In this document: in pieces, positions 30,516 to 40,267 of the stretch
Numbering within the stretch: position 1 is the first letter of the stretch
Layout of the letters: each line of letters starts with the position of its first letter
Source: an uncultured bacterium
Lineage (GTDB): Bacteria > Gemmatimonadota > Gemmatimonadetes > Gemmatimonadales > Gemmatimonadaceae
Length of the DNA stretch: 54,902 nt
Direction: 5' to 3'
Assembly (NCBI GenBank): GCA_963978095.1
Contig: CAXBQP010000013.1
Coordinates: 1-54,902, forward strand
Notes under the pieces: model-generated
Database searches by the model: none
What the model saw: the letters and a program-made list of their open reading frames with translations, nothing else
Told to the model about the DNA's origin: nothing
Position numbers and translations under genes: made by a program

Positions 30516-31621
30516 GGATCCTCGTCGTGAACTGGCAGGACCGCGAAAACCCCCAGGCCGGGGGGGCGGAACTGCATTTGCACGAGATTTTCGAACGACT
30601 GGCGGCGCGCGGACATCAGATCACGCTGTTGTGTGGCGGGTGGCCGGGGTGCCCGCCGCGCGCGGTGCTCGGCGGAATCGACGTGCATCGGGTCGGGACG
30701 CGGCAGACGTTCGCGCTCCGGGTGGGCGCGTATTGGCGCGCCCATTTGCGCGACGTCCCGTTTGATGTGCTGTACGAGGATATCAACAAGTCGCCGTTGT
30801 TCACGCCCTTGTGGGGGGCCTCGTATCCTGTCGTGGCGTGCGTCCCGCATCTCTTCGGCGGGACCGCATTCCAAGAGCTGGCGTGGCCGCTCGCCACGGC
30901 GGTGTGGCTTGCCGAGCGTCCGCTCCCCGTGGTCTACCGCGAGACGCCGTTCCAGGCGATCAGTGAGAGCACCGCGGAGGACCTCGTGGTGCGCGGGCTG
31001 TTGCGGTCCCAGGTGACGGTGATCTATCCGGGCGTTGATTTTGCCTACTTCACGCCACGGCCCGTGCTGCGGACGTCGCAGCCCTCGTTCGCGTATGTCG
31101 GGCGGCTGAAGAAGTACAAAGGAGTGGACCTGCTCATTCGGGCGTTCGCGCGGCTCCGGCACCCGACCGCGGTGCTCGAGATCGCCGGGGCCGGGGACTA
31201 CCGGCCCGCCCTTGAGCGCCTTGCCGCGTCGCTTGACCTCGGTGGCCACGTGCGGTTTCTTGGCTTTGTGTCCGAGGAGGAGAAGCTCGCGTTGCTGCGG
31301 CGCTCGTGGGCGGTGGCGCTGGCATCGCCCAAGGAGGGCTGGGGGCTGACGAATGTCGAGGCCGCGGCGTGCGGGACGCCCGTGGTGGCCTCGAACTCGC
31401 CGGGGATTCGCGAGTCGGTACGGGACGGGGTGACGGGGTTTCTGGCGCCGCATGGCGACGTCGCGGAACTCGCGGCGGCGTTCGCGCGGTTGGCGGAATC
31501 CACGGAGCTCGTGCAGACGATGGGGCAGTCGGCCCGTGCGTTTGCGGAAACATTCACCTGGGAACGAACGGCACAGCAGACGGAGGCCCATTTGGTGGCC
31601 TCCACGCGCACAGGAGGCTAG
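30512..31621 (+). CDS. Glycosyltransferase family 4
   Basis: RILVVNWQDRENPQAGGAE, YVGRLKKYKG, EGWGLTNVEAAACGTPVV; TTG start overlapping nusB stop. Confidence 0.9.
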   Translation: MRILVVNWQDRENPQAGGAELHLHEIFERLAARGHQITLLCGGWPGCPPRAVLGGIDVHRVGTRQTFALRVGAYWRAHLRDVPFDVLYEDINKSPLFTPLWGASYPVVACVPHLFGGTAFQELAWPLATAVWLAERPLPVVYRETPFQAISESTAEDLVVRGLLRSQVTVIYPGVDFAYFTPRPVLRTSQPSFAYVGRLKKYKGVDLLIRAFARLRHPTAVLEIAGAGDYRPALERLAASLDLGGHVRFLGFVSEEEKLALLRRSWAVALASPKEGWGLTNVEAAACGTPVVASNSPGIRESVRDGVTGFLAPHGDVAELAAAFARLAESTELVQTMGQSARAFAETFTWERTAQQTEAHLVASTRTGG

Positions 31622-31625
31622 GGCG

Positions 31626-32594
31626 GTGGGCGCACTGACGGTCGCGGAGTTCTACGAACAGACGAAGGATTCGCTGCAACTCGAGGTCCTGGGGCATCCC
31701 GACGGTTTCCAGCGCATGATCACGATGGCGGACGCGTCGGGGCCCGGACTCGTGCTGGCGGGCTACACGGGGCGCTTCGTGCATCAGCGCATCCAGGTGC
31801 TTGGCGAGACGGAGGTCTCCTACCTCGCCTCGCTCAGTCCCGAGGAGCGGCAACGGAATCTCGCCACGTATTTCACGTTCGAGATCCCGCTCGTCATGGT
31901 GACGAAGGGACTCCCGCTGCCGGACGGATTCGAGGAGGCCGCGCACCGGGCTGGTGTCACCATTCTGCGGTCGCGCCTGAAGACGCTCGAGTTCTATCGG
32001 GTGATCACGCCGTTCCTGGAGATGCAGTTCGCGCCGCAGGCCAATCTGCACGGGTCGCTGGCGGACGTCTTCGGGGTGGGGCTGCTCTTTACGGGGGAGA
32101 GCGGCATCGGCAAGTCCGAATGCGTGCTGGACCTGGTGGAGCGCGGGCATCGACTCGTGGCGGACGACCTCGTGATGGTGACGCGGCGCGGCGCCGACGT
32201 CCTGATCGGACGCGGCCACGAGATGTCCCGCCATTTCATGGAGATCCGGGGCGTGGGGCTGATCGAGATCCCGCGCATCTTCGGGATCCACGCGGTGCGG
32301 CAGCAGAAGCGCGTCGAGGTGGTGGTCAATTTGACCAAGTGGGATGCCATGGCCGAGATGGACCGGACCGGCCTCGACGATGAGACGATCGACATCCTTG
32401 GCGTGGCGATCCCGAAGATCACCGTGCCGCTGAATCCCGGCAAGAACATCACGGTGATCGCCGAGGTGATCGCGATGAACCATCTGCTCCGCTACAGTGG
32501 GCACCATGCGGCGGAGAGCTTCAACGAACGCCTCAAAGCCAAGATGCGTCAGGCGGCCGACGTGGGGCGGTACCTGCAGGACGATGACGAATAG
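31626..32594 (+). CDS. hprK: HPr(Ser) kinase/phosphorylase
   Basis: RIQVLGETE, HGSLADVFGVGLL.TGESGIGKSE, GHRLVADD, MEIRGVGLI, PGKN. Confidence 0.96.
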   Translation: MGALTVAEFYEQTKDSLQLEVLGHPDGFQRMITMADASGPGLVLAGYTGRFVHQRIQVLGETEVSYLASLSPEERQRNLATYFTFEIPLVMVTKGLPLPDGFEEAAHRAGVTILRSRLKTLEFYRVITPFLEMQFAPQANLHGSLADVFGVGLLFTGESGIGKSECVLDLVERGHRLVADDLVMVTRRGADVLIGRGHEMSRHFMEIRGVGLIEIPRIFGIHAVRQQKRVEVVVNLTKWDAMAEMDRTGLDDETIDILGVAIPKITVPLNPGKNITVIAEVIAMNHLLRYSGHHAAESFNERLKAKMRQAADVGRYLQDDDE

Positions 32595-33057
32595 CGGGAC
32601 GCCGGCACCGGGGATACCGAGCGCCGCGTCCGTCGGCGGAACCCTGCCTGGCGTTGTCGTCGCGGGCCATGGCGACTTCGCGGCAGGGATGCGGGATGCC
32701 GTCGAAAGGGTGGCCGGTGCGCAGGAGCGTCTGGCGACCGTCAGCAACCACGGGCTCGACGCCGAGCGCATCGTGGCGGTACTCGTCGAGGCCGTCGATC
32801 GTGTGCGGGCGGATGTGATCTTCACGGACCTGCCGGCGGGAAGTTGCACGCTCGCCGCGCGTCGACTGGCGAAGACGCGCGGGAACATCAGCGTGGTGAC
32901 CGGGGCCAATCTCCCCATGCTTCTGGATTTCCTGCTCAAGGGGCGAACAGGAAGCGCCGGGGCCGCGGTCGCGGCGGCAAAGGGCCGTGAGGCGATCACG
33001 GTCGAATCGGCAGCGCTCGCACCGATGACGGACACGGACGTGGCGCGTGGCGGTTGA
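32584..33057 (+). CDS. PTS mannose/fructose/sorbose family EIIA
   Basis: VVAGHGDFA (phospho-His), FTDLPAGS, VTGANLPML. Confidence 0.88.
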   Translation: MTNSGTPAPGIPSAASVGGTLPGVVVAGHGDFAAGMRDAVERVAGAQERLATVSNHGLDAERIVAVLVEAVDRVRADVIFTDLPAGSCTLAARRLAKTRGNISVVTGANLPMLLDFLLKGRTGSAGAAVAAAKGREAITVESAALAPMTDTDVARGG

Positions 33058-33535
33058 TCTCTTTCGCATCGACGATCGCCTGATCCACGGTCAGGTCGTG
33101 GTCGGATGGGGGCAATCCCTCGATCTCGCGTTCTTCGTACTGGTGGATGACGCGGTTGCGGCGAGCGAGTGGGAGCAGGAACTGTATCGCATGGGGGTTC
33201 CGCCCGAGATGGAACTGCACATCCGTTCGGTCGAGCAGGCGACCGCGGACCTCGCGGCGTTTCAGGCGCGTGCCGACCACGGTATGGTGCTCACGGGCGA
33301 CATCGAGACCATGCGCCGACTCGCCGAGGCCGCTCCCGTGCCGAGGGTGAACGTCGGCGGCATCCATCATCGAGCCGGGCGACGCCCCAAGCTCCGCTAC
33401 GTCTTTCTCACCGAGGCGGAGGAGCAGGCGTTGCGCGCGCTGGCCGCCAAGGGGATCGAAGTCACGGCGCAAGACGTCCCGTCCGCGACGAGTCTCTCGT
33501 TGGATGCACTCTTGGCTTCGACGGGGGATGCATGA
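33047..33535 (+). CDS. PTS mannose/fructose/sorbose family EIIB
   Basis: RIDDRLIHGQV..GW, VNVGG, QDVP. Confidence 0.93.
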   Translation: MAVDLFRIDDRLIHGQVVVGWGQSLDLAFFVLVDDAVAASEWEQELYRMGVPPEMELHIRSVEQATADLAAFQARADHGMVLTGDIETMRRLAEAAPVPRVNVGGIHHRAGRRPKLRYVFLTEAEEQALRALAAKGIEVTAQDVPSATSLSLDALLASTGDA

Positions 33536-34209
33536 CGGAGTTGCTGCCGCTGACGCTGTTGGGCGCGGTGCTGGGGCTCGACGTGGTGAGCTTCCCGCAG
33601 GCGATGTTGTCTCGCCCGATCGTGTCCGCCACTCTTGCCGGCGCTTTGGTGGGCGAGCCTGCGCGTGGCGTCATGGCCGGCGCGGTGCTGGAGTTGTTCG
33701 CCCTCGAGACGTTGCCATTCGGGGCGAGCCGATATCCCGAATGGGGCTCCGCGGGCGTGGTGGGAGGTGCGTCCTTCGCGCTGCGTCCTGATGGGACCAC
33801 CGGTGCGCTGGCGGTCGCGGTGCTGGCGTCGCTGCTGACCGCGATGGTCAGTGGATGGTCGATGATCCAGCATCGTCGCGCCATCGGCCGCTGGGCGGCC
33901 GCCATGCGGGACGCGCTCTCGTCCGGCGAGCCTGGGGCGGTCGCGACCTTGCAACTCCGGGGGATGACGGTGGATCTGCTGCGCGGCGGCCTCGTGACCG
34001 GTGCGGCGCTGGCGGTGTTCGTCCCGATGGGGCACGTCTTGCTGGCGAAGTGGTCGCTGGCTCCGGCGCCGTCGCGCGCCGTGGTGGTGGCGCTCGCGGG
34101 GGCCACCGCACTTGGGGCCGTGTGGAAGATCGTGCACGCCACCGCCGGGGCCCGCTGGTACCTGCTGGGCGGGTTCTTCCTCGGACTGTCATTGCTGAGG
34201 TTCGCATGA
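33532..34209 (+). CDS. PTS mannose/fructose/sorbose family EIIC
   Basis: Hydrophobic; QAMLSRPIV, GAVLEL, PFGAS.YP; ATGA overlap. Confidence 0.87.
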   Translation: MTELLPLTLLGAVLGLDVVSFPQAMLSRPIVSATLAGALVGEPARGVMAGAVLELFALETLPFGASRYPEWGSAGVVGGASFALRPDGTTGALAVAVLASLLTAMVSGWSMIQHRRAIGRWAAAMRDALSSGEPGAVATLQLRGMTVDLLRGGLVTGAALAVFVPMGHVLLAKWSLAPAPSRAVVVALAGATALGAVWKIVHATAGARWYLLGGFFLGLSLLRFA

Positions 34210-34964
34210 GCGCGCCCGCCCGACTGCCGTGGGGGGTGCGGCTGGCCACGTTGCTCCGACTGCTTGCTGTGCAAGGCGCCTGGAACTACGAGACGCTCAT
34301 GGGCAACGGTATCGCGTTCGCGATGGAACCTGGATTACGCCTGTTGCCGGGCGGACGGGACGGCACCGCATTCCGAGCGGCGATGGCACGGCATGCGGGC
34401 TATTTCAACGCGCATCCCTACCTGGCGGGGGTGGCGGTCGGCGCGCTGGTGCGCGCGGAACTCGATGGCGAGGATGTGACGCGGATCGAACGTTTTCGCA
34501 CGGCCTGCTGCGGTCCGCTGGGCAGTGTGGGCGACCGCCTGATCTGGGCCGGATGGCTGCCGGCCTGCTCGCTGCTGGCGCTCGGCGTGTTCGGCGCAGG
34601 GGCCTCGCCGCGGACGGTCGTCCTGACCTTTGTGATCGTCTATAACGTCGGGCATCTCGCGCTGCGTATGTGGGGACTGCAGGCGGGGTACCGGGACGGC
34701 CTGAGAGTCGCGAACGCACTCGGCTCGCCACTCCTGCGAAAGGGGCCAGCCGCCATCGCGCGCGTGGCGGCGCTGACGGCGGGCGTTGTGTGGCCGCTGG
34801 CTGTTCGCGGCGTCGTCGGACCAGCGCGGAGTTGGTTGGTGTTCGTACTGGCCGCCGCGACGGCGGGTGCATGGGTGTTCACGCGTTTGCAGGGGCGTGT
34901 GGAAGGGTGGCGCGTCGCGATCGCGGGACTGGCAGGACTCATTCTCTACTCGGTGGTGCGCTGA
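34206..34964 (+). CDS. PTS mannose/fructose/sorbose family EIID
   Basis: QGAWNYE, FNAHPY, GPLGSVGDRLIW, YNVGH; ATGA overlap. Confidence 0.9.
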   Translation: MSAPARLPWGVRLATLLRLLAVQGAWNYETLMGNGIAFAMEPGLRLLPGGRDGTAFRAAMARHAGYFNAHPYLAGVAVGALVRAELDGEDVTRIERFRTACCGPLGSVGDRLIWAGWLPACSLLALGVFGAGASPRTVVLTFVIVYNVGHLALRMWGLQAGYRDGLRVANALGSPLLRKGPAAIARVAALTAGVVWPLAVRGVVGPARSWLVFVLAAATAGAWVFTRLQGRVEGWRVAIAGLAGLILYSVVR

Positions 34965-35230
34965 TGGTCGAGCGTCTGGTGTCAGTTCGGAACAGTCACG
35001 GCATTCATGCACGGCCCGCGGCGCAGATCGTGAAGACGACGGCGAAGTTCGCCGCGCACATCACGATCACCCGGGACGATCTGGAAGTGAATGCCAAGAG
35101 CATCATGGGCGTGATGATGCTCGCCGCCGAGTGTGGGGCCGAGATCCTCTTGCGCGCCGACGGCGCGGACGAAGTCGAGGCGCTGGAAGCACTGGCAGCC
35201 GTGATCGCCTCGGGATTCGGGGAGCGCTGA
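34964..35230 (+). CDS. ptsH: Phosphocarrier protein HPr
   Basis: GIHARPAA (His15) and NAKSIMGVMML (Ser46). Confidence 0.95.
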   Translation: MVERLVSVRNSHGIHARPAAQIVKTTAKFAAHITITRDDLEVNAKSIMGVMMLAAECGAEILLRADGADEVEALEALAAVIASGFGER

Positions 35231-35231
35231 C

Positions 35232-36986
35232 ATGGCCCCCCGTTCGAGTCTGCTGCTCAATGGCATGCCCGCGTCGCCGGGCATCGTGGTGGGACCGGCT
35301 CACCTCCTCCGCTGGCAGGTGCCGGAGGTACCCACGCGGCTCATCCCGGACGAGGCGATACCCGCCGAGCTGGATCGACTCACGGCGGCCCTCGACAAGG
35401 CCGAAGAGCGTCTCCAGTACGTGCGCGAGCGCGCGGAACGGACCGCCGGTGCGGCAGAGTCCGCGATCTTCGATGTTCAGATCAGCGTGTTGCAGGATGC
35501 TGAGCTCCAGGGTCGCGTGCGGCAGATGATCGGGCAAGGGTTCACGGCGGAGCGAGCGTTTGACACGGTGATGGTCGAGTGGCGTGAGCATTTTGCGCGC
35601 TCCTCCAATGCGATGATGCGTGAGCGGGTCGGCGACCTCACCGATGTGCACATCCGTGTCCTCTCTGTCCTCTTGGGACTGCCGGACTACGATCCCGTCG
35701 ATCTCCCCAAAGGTTCCAACGCGATTCTCATCACGCACGATCTGACGCCGAGCCTGACGCTGCAGCTCGATCGCGACTGCATTGCCGCCATCGCGACCGA
35801 CGCGGGCACGCGCACCTCGCATGTCGCGATTCTCGCGCGCTCGCTCGGTCTTCCGGCCGTCGTGGGGCTGCTCGACGCCATCACGCGCATCGAGACCGGT
35901 GATCGCGTCATTCTGGACGGCACCGCCGGCACCGTGCTGGTGCGCCCGACCACCGCGGAGCTGGCGCAGGCGGACGCACGGTCGCGGGCGGAAGAGCTCC
36001 AGCGTGCCCAGTTGGCGAAGGTTGCCGATGCGGAAGCGATCACCGCTGATGGAGTGCGCCTGACCTTGCGCGCGAACGTCGATCTCCCGGATGAGGTGAG
36101 CATCGCCGCCACCAGCGGGGCTGAGGGGGTAGGGCTGATGCGCACCGAGTTCTTGGTCGTAGGTCGTGCGTCGATGCCGACGGAGGACGAGCAATATGAG
36201 TCCTACGCGAACGTCATCCGGGCTTTCGGCGGGCGTCCGGTGGTCATCCGGACATTCGACGTCGGCGGAGACAAGCTGCCCGTCGGAGGTTACCCGCACG
36301 AGCCGAATCCTTTCCTCGGCTGGCGTGCCATTCGGATGTGTCTCGACGAGCCGGAGCTGTTCAAGACGCAGTTGCGGGCCCTGTTGCGGGCCGCGGTGCA
36401 CGGGGACGTCCGCATCATGTTACCGCTGGTGGTGTCCGTCGACGAGGTGCGGCAGGCGCGTTTCCTGCTCGAAGAGGCAGCCCGTGAGCTGGCCGGTCGG
36501 GGGGTCGAGCACCGCGCGGACATCCCGCTCGGCGTCATGATCGAGACACCCGCCGCCGTCTTGACGGCCGATGCGCTGGCCTCCGAAGTGGCGTTCTTCA
36601 GCATCGGTACGAATGATTTGGTGCAGTACACGTTGGCCGTTGACCGCGGGAATGCGAGTCTCGCCTCTCGGTTCACACCGTTGCATCCCGCCGTGCTTCG
36701 GTTGATCCGTCGGACCATGGACATCGGGCTCGAGCACGGCCTCGATGTCAGCGTCTGCGGCGAGATGGCTTCGGAACCGATCATGGCCTTCGCGTTGATC
36801 GGCCTCGGCGTCCGGACGCTCAGTGTCGCGCCGCTCTCGGTGCCGGCGGTGAAGCAGATCATCCGAGGGATCCATACGTCCGTCGCGGCCGAGGCCGTCC
36901 GCCTCTCGTGCGACGCCGGAACCTCAGCGGCCGCGGAGTCGCTGCTGCGGGCCGCGTTGGAGCAGGAACTCGCGGACGACCCGTAA
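35232..36986 (+). CDS. ptsI: PEP-protein phosphotransferase Enzyme I
   Basis: TSHVAILARSLG, GVGLMRTEFL, RTFDVGGDK, EPNPFLGWRAIR, SIGTNDLVQY, CGEMA. Confidence 0.96.
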   Translation: MAPRSSLLLNGMPASPGIVVGPAHLLRWQVPEVPTRLIPDEAIPAELDRLTAALDKAEERLQYVRERAERTAGAAESAIFDVQISVLQDAELQGRVRQMIGQGFTAERAFDTVMVEWREHFARSSNAMMRERVGDLTDVHIRVLSVLLGLPDYDPVDLPKGSNAILITHDLTPSLTLQLDRDCIAAIATDAGTRTSHVAILARSLGLPAVVGLLDAITRIETGDRVILDGTAGTVLVRPTTAELAQADARSRAEELQRAQLAKVADAEAITADGVRLTLRANVDLPDEVSIAATSGAEGVGLMRTEFLVVGRASMPTEDEQYESYANVIRAFGGRPVVIRTFDVGGDKLPVGGYPHEPNPFLGWRAIRMCLDEPELFKTQLRALLRAAVHGDVRIMLPLVVSVDEVRQARFLLEEAARELAGRGVEHRADIPLGVMIETPAAVLTADALASEVAFFSIGTNDLVQYTLAVDRGNASLASRFTPLHPAVLRLIRRTMDIGLEHGLDVSVCGEMASEPIMAFALIGLGVRTLSVAPLSVPAVKQIIRGIHTSVAAEAVRLSCDAGTSAAAESLLRAALEQELADDP

Positions 36987-37071
36987 TATTGCGTCGGCAC
37001 TCGCTCCTGCACGTTCGTTGGTGTAAATTTTCGTTTCGCTCCCCATCCTCGCACACCCAACCACTCGCGCC

Positions 37072-38247
37072 GTGCTTCATCGCCACCTGTTCACCTCGGA
37101 GTCCGTCACCGAAGGGCACCCGGACAAAGTCGCCGACCAGATCTCTGACGCGGTTCTCGACGCCATGCTGGCGCAGGATCCCGCCTCGCGTGTGGCCTGC
37201 GAGACGATGGTGACCACGGGATTGGCGACGATCTTTGGCGAGATCACCACGCACTCGTACGTGCATCTGCCGTCGCTGGTCCGCGACACGATCCGGAAGA
37301 TCGGGTATGTCGGGGGGCAGATGGGCTTCGATGCCGAATCATGCGCGGTGATGTCGACCATCGACCAGCAGTCGGCGCACATCGCGATGGGCGTCGATAC
37401 CGGTGGCGCGGGCGACCAAGGCATGATGTTCGGGTACGCGTGCGACGAGACCGAGGAGTTGATGCCGCTCCCCATTCTCCTCGCGCACAAGCTCGCGTTC
37501 GCGCTCTCCGCGCGGCGCAAGGACCATACGCTCAAGTGGCTGCGCCCCGATGGCAAGTCGCAGGTGTCGGTCGTCTATGAGAACGGACGCCCGGTCTCGG
37601 TGGACACCGTCGTCATCTCGACTCAACACAGTGACGACGTCAGCAACAAGGTGATCCGCGAGGCGGTGCGCCACGACATCATCGACGCGGTGATCCCGGC
37701 CGAGCTCCAGACGAAGTCGATGAAGGTGCATATCAATCCGACCGGACGTTTCGTGATCGGCGGGCCACACGGGGACGCCGGACTCACCGGCCGCAAGATC
37801 ATCGTCGACACCTACGGCGGCATGGGCCGTCATGGCGGCGGCGCATTCAGCGGCAAGGATCCGTCCAAGGTGGATCGGTCGGCCTGCTACGCCGCCCGTT
37901 GGGTGGCCAAGAACATCGTCGCTGCCAAGCTCGCCACGAAGTGCGAAGTCCAAGTGGCGTACGCCATCGGCGTCGCCAAGCCGGTCTCGGTGATGGTCGA
38001 CACGTTCGGTACCGCGACCGCCCCAGAGCAGAAGATCATGCACGCCGTCAACCAGGTCTTCGATCTGACCCCCAAGGGGATCATCGAGGCGCTCGACCTG
38101 CGGAAGCCGATCTACGGGGATACGGCGGCATACGGACACTTCGGGCGCACGAGCCAGAAGACGGTCCGCTTCGGCAAGAAGGTCACGACGTTCACGTGGG
38201 AGCGCACCGACAAGGTGGCGGCGCTCAAGAAGGCCGTTCGGGGCTAG
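37072..38247 (+). CDS. metK: S-adenosylmethionine synthetase
   Basis: [58 protein letters not shown]. Confidence 0.97.
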   Translation: MLHRHLFTSESVTEGHPDKVADQISDAVLDAMLAQDPASRVACETMVTTGLATIFGEITTHSYVHLPSLVRDTIRKIGYVGGQMGFDAESCAVMSTIDQQSAHIAMGVDTGGAGDQGMMFGYACDETEELMPLPILLAHKLAFALSARRKDHTLKWLRPDGKSQVSVVYENGRPVSVDTVVISTQHSDDVSNKVIREAVRHDIIDAVIPAELQTKSMKVHINPTGRFVIGGPHGDAGLTGRKIIVDTYGGMGRHGGGAFSGKDPSKVDRSACYAARWVAKNIVAAKLATKCEVQVAYAIGVAKPVSVMVDTFGTATAPEQKIMHAVNQVFDLTPKGIIEALDLRKPIYGDTAAYGHFGRTSQKTVRFGKKVTTFTWERTDKVAALKKAVRG

Positions 38248-38276
38248 GCCCCCTCCGCGTCAGCCGAGAGATTAGC

Positions 38277-38813
38277 ATGGTCCCCGTTCGGCTCTCTCGG
38301 CTGGCCATGGACGGTACGGCGGGCACGAATCTCGTCGTGCTCCAGGAAGTGCAGGGCGACCGCATGCTCCCGATCTGGATCGGTCGAGCGGAGGCCGAAG
38401 CGATCGCCCGGCATCTCGAAGGAGTGTCGGTGGAACGCCCCCTGACCCACGATCTGGCGCAATCGATGGTCGCGTCGCTGGGCGGCGCGATCGCGAGTGT
38501 CCGTGTGACACATGTGAGCGAGAGCACGTTTTTCGCGGAAATCATCCTGTCGTGCGGCAACGAGCAGCGCGTGGTCGACGCGCGCCCGTCCGACGCGATC
38601 GCGCTGGCGATCCGCGCCAACGCCCCCATCTTCGCGGCGGAGGCGCTGCTCGCGCATTATCCCGCGCTCAGCGACGCTGGTGATGCGCCAGGGGAGAGCA
38701 CCGACGCCGGCGGCTATCAGTCGCTCTCGGCCACCGGAACCCCCGACTCGGCGGAGCTGCAGCGGTACCTCGAACAGATGCGTCCGGAGGACTTTGGCAA
38801 GTTCCGTCCGTAG
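38277..38813 (+). CDS. Bifunctional nuclease family (DUF151) protein
   Basis: LPIWIG..EA.AI, RPLTHDL, DARPSDAIALA.R, C-terminal PEDF. Confidence 0.9.
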   Translation: MVPVRLSRLAMDGTAGTNLVVLQEVQGDRMLPIWIGRAEAEAIARHLEGVSVERPLTHDLAQSMVASLGGAIASVRVTHVSESTFFAEIILSCGNEQRVVDARPSDAIALAIRANAPIFAAEALLAHYPALSDAGDAPGESTDAGGYQSLSATGTPDSAELQRYLEQMRPEDFGKFRP

Positions 38814-39981
38814 TTTCGTTGCCGCGGCCGCAATCACCGTGGCGCTTTCCTCGGCGCGCGCATCGGCGCAGGGGGCCGCCGCGGGTGCCGGTGCTCCGCG
38901 AGAGGTCACGGGAAAGGTGGTGCACAGCGTTGGTCGTGCGCTGACACCGCTCGGCGGGGCGTGGACGATATTGCATCGCGTGGGCAAGGACCGTTCCGGC
39001 CCTCTTGACTCGGTGCGTACGGATGCGACGGGTCGGTACACCATGCGATACCGCGCCGATGGGGACTCCACGGCGCTCTATTTCGTGTCGACGAACTACG
39101 CCGGGATCGCGTACTTCACCTCACCGCTCCGCGGCGCGCGCGTCAGCGGGGACGATGCCACGCTCACCGTGTTCGACACCACGAGCGGCCCAGTGGCGAT
39201 CACCGTGCGCGGGCGGCACGTGGTCGTCACGATGCCCGATAGCTCGACGCCGAAGGAGCGTGCGATCATCGAGGTGTATGAACTCAGCAACGACTCCACC
39301 GTGACGCGCGTGCCCGGAGCGGCCAAGCGTACCGTGTTCGAAACGCGGCTTCCCGACGGTGCGACCGCGCCGCGCGGTGGCCAAGGGGACATCTCACCCG
39401 AGGCGATCACCTTCGAGGGCCCTCGCGTCCGCGTTCTGGCGCCGATCGGGCCAGGGCTGAAACAGTTCTCGGTCAGCTATACGCTCCCGGCCTCCGCCAA
39501 GCAGTTCACCCTCCCCGTTCCCGTCACGAGCCCCGTCCTCGAAGTCTTGATCGAGGGGCAGGGTGGCGGGGTCACGGGCGGCGGGATGCGGGCGACAAAG
39601 GCTGCCGTCGTCGGCGGACGCAACTTCTCGCGCTACCTCGGCAATGACGTACCGGCGAACGCGACAGTTGTCGTGGGGGCTGCTGGCGGAGGCGCCGGAT
39701 TGCTCAACCTGCGCATGGCGCTCGTCGTGACCGTGATCGGGGCGGCGGTGTTGCTGGGGCTTGCCGGGGGATTCCTGCGGCGTGGTCCGGGCGCTGCCGT
39801 GCGCGACGCACGCCATGCCGACGATCCGGATGCCCTCGCGCAGCAGATTGCCGAGCTCGACGCCGAGTACGGCGCGATCGCCGCGCCGTCCGCCGATCAA
39901 AAGGCCGCGCATTATCAGATGCGGGCCCAGTTGAAGGGACGTCTGGGCGTTGCGATTGCGCGCCGTGACGGCATGCAATAG
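38794..39981 (+). CDS. Hypothetical exported protein: carboxypeptidase-regulatory-like beta domain, C-terminal TM and helical tail
   Basis: TTG start after GGAGG; signal peptide (ASA-Q); VTGKV...TDATGRY; TM then IAELDAEY helix. Confidence 0.7.
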   Translation: MASSVRSFVAAAAITVALSSARASAQGAAAGAGAPREVTGKVVHSVGRALTPLGGAWTILHRVGKDRSGPLDSVRTDATGRYTMRYRADGDSTALYFVSTNYAGIAYFTSPLRGARVSGDDATLTVFDTTSGPVAITVRGRHVVVTMPDSSTPKERAIIEVYELSNDSTVTRVPGAAKRTVFETRLPDGATAPRGGQGDISPEAITFEGPRVRVLAPIGPGLKQFSVSYTLPASAKQFTLPVPVTSPVLEVLIEGQGGGVTGGGMRATKAAVVGGRNFSRYLGNDVPANATVVVGAAGGGAGLLNLRMALVVTVIGAAVLLGLAGGFLRRGPGAAVRDARHADDPDALAQQIAELDAEYGAIAAPSADQKAAHYQMRAQLKGRLGVAIARRDGMQ

Positions 39982-39990
39982 CTTCGAAGG

Positions 39991-40140
39991 ACAACTGAAG
40001 GCGAACGCGGGACACGGAAGTCGGTGCAAGACCGACGCGGCCCCGCCACTGTAACGGGTAGTTCGACGCCACACTCACGATGCCACTGACCAACCGGTCG
40101 GGAAGGCGGGTGTGGTTGCCCGGAGCCAGGAGACGACCCA
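39991..40140 (+). ncRNA. Cobalamin (B12) riboswitch
   Basis: GGAAGTCGGTGCAAGACCGACGCGGCCCCGCCACTGTAA (B12 box), second GCCACTG...GGGAAGGC, GAGCCAGGAGAC; directly upstream of btuFCDB. Confidence 0.92.
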
Positions 40141-40234
40141 CGTTCGCGCCACGATCTCAGGACCTCGGGGGAGGACTGGTGGCGTTCGTTGGATACGCGT
40201 CTCGACCGCAACTGAGCGCATCCCTCGTGCGTTT

Positions 40235-40267
40235 CGGGCTTCTTCCCCTCCGGAAGGAGCCCGTTTT
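40235..40267 (+). promoter_or_regulatory. Riboswitch expression-platform hairpin covering the btuF SD and followed by TTTT
   Basis: CGGGCTTCTTCC-CCTCC-GGAAGGAGCCCG-TTTT; AAGGAG lies in the 3' arm. Confidence 0.65.

Noticed and set aside
36987..37071. SAM riboswitch or sigma54 promoter before metK
   Set aside because: No SAM-I/II consensus recognised; CGGCACTCGCTCCTGC has GG-N11-GC spacing
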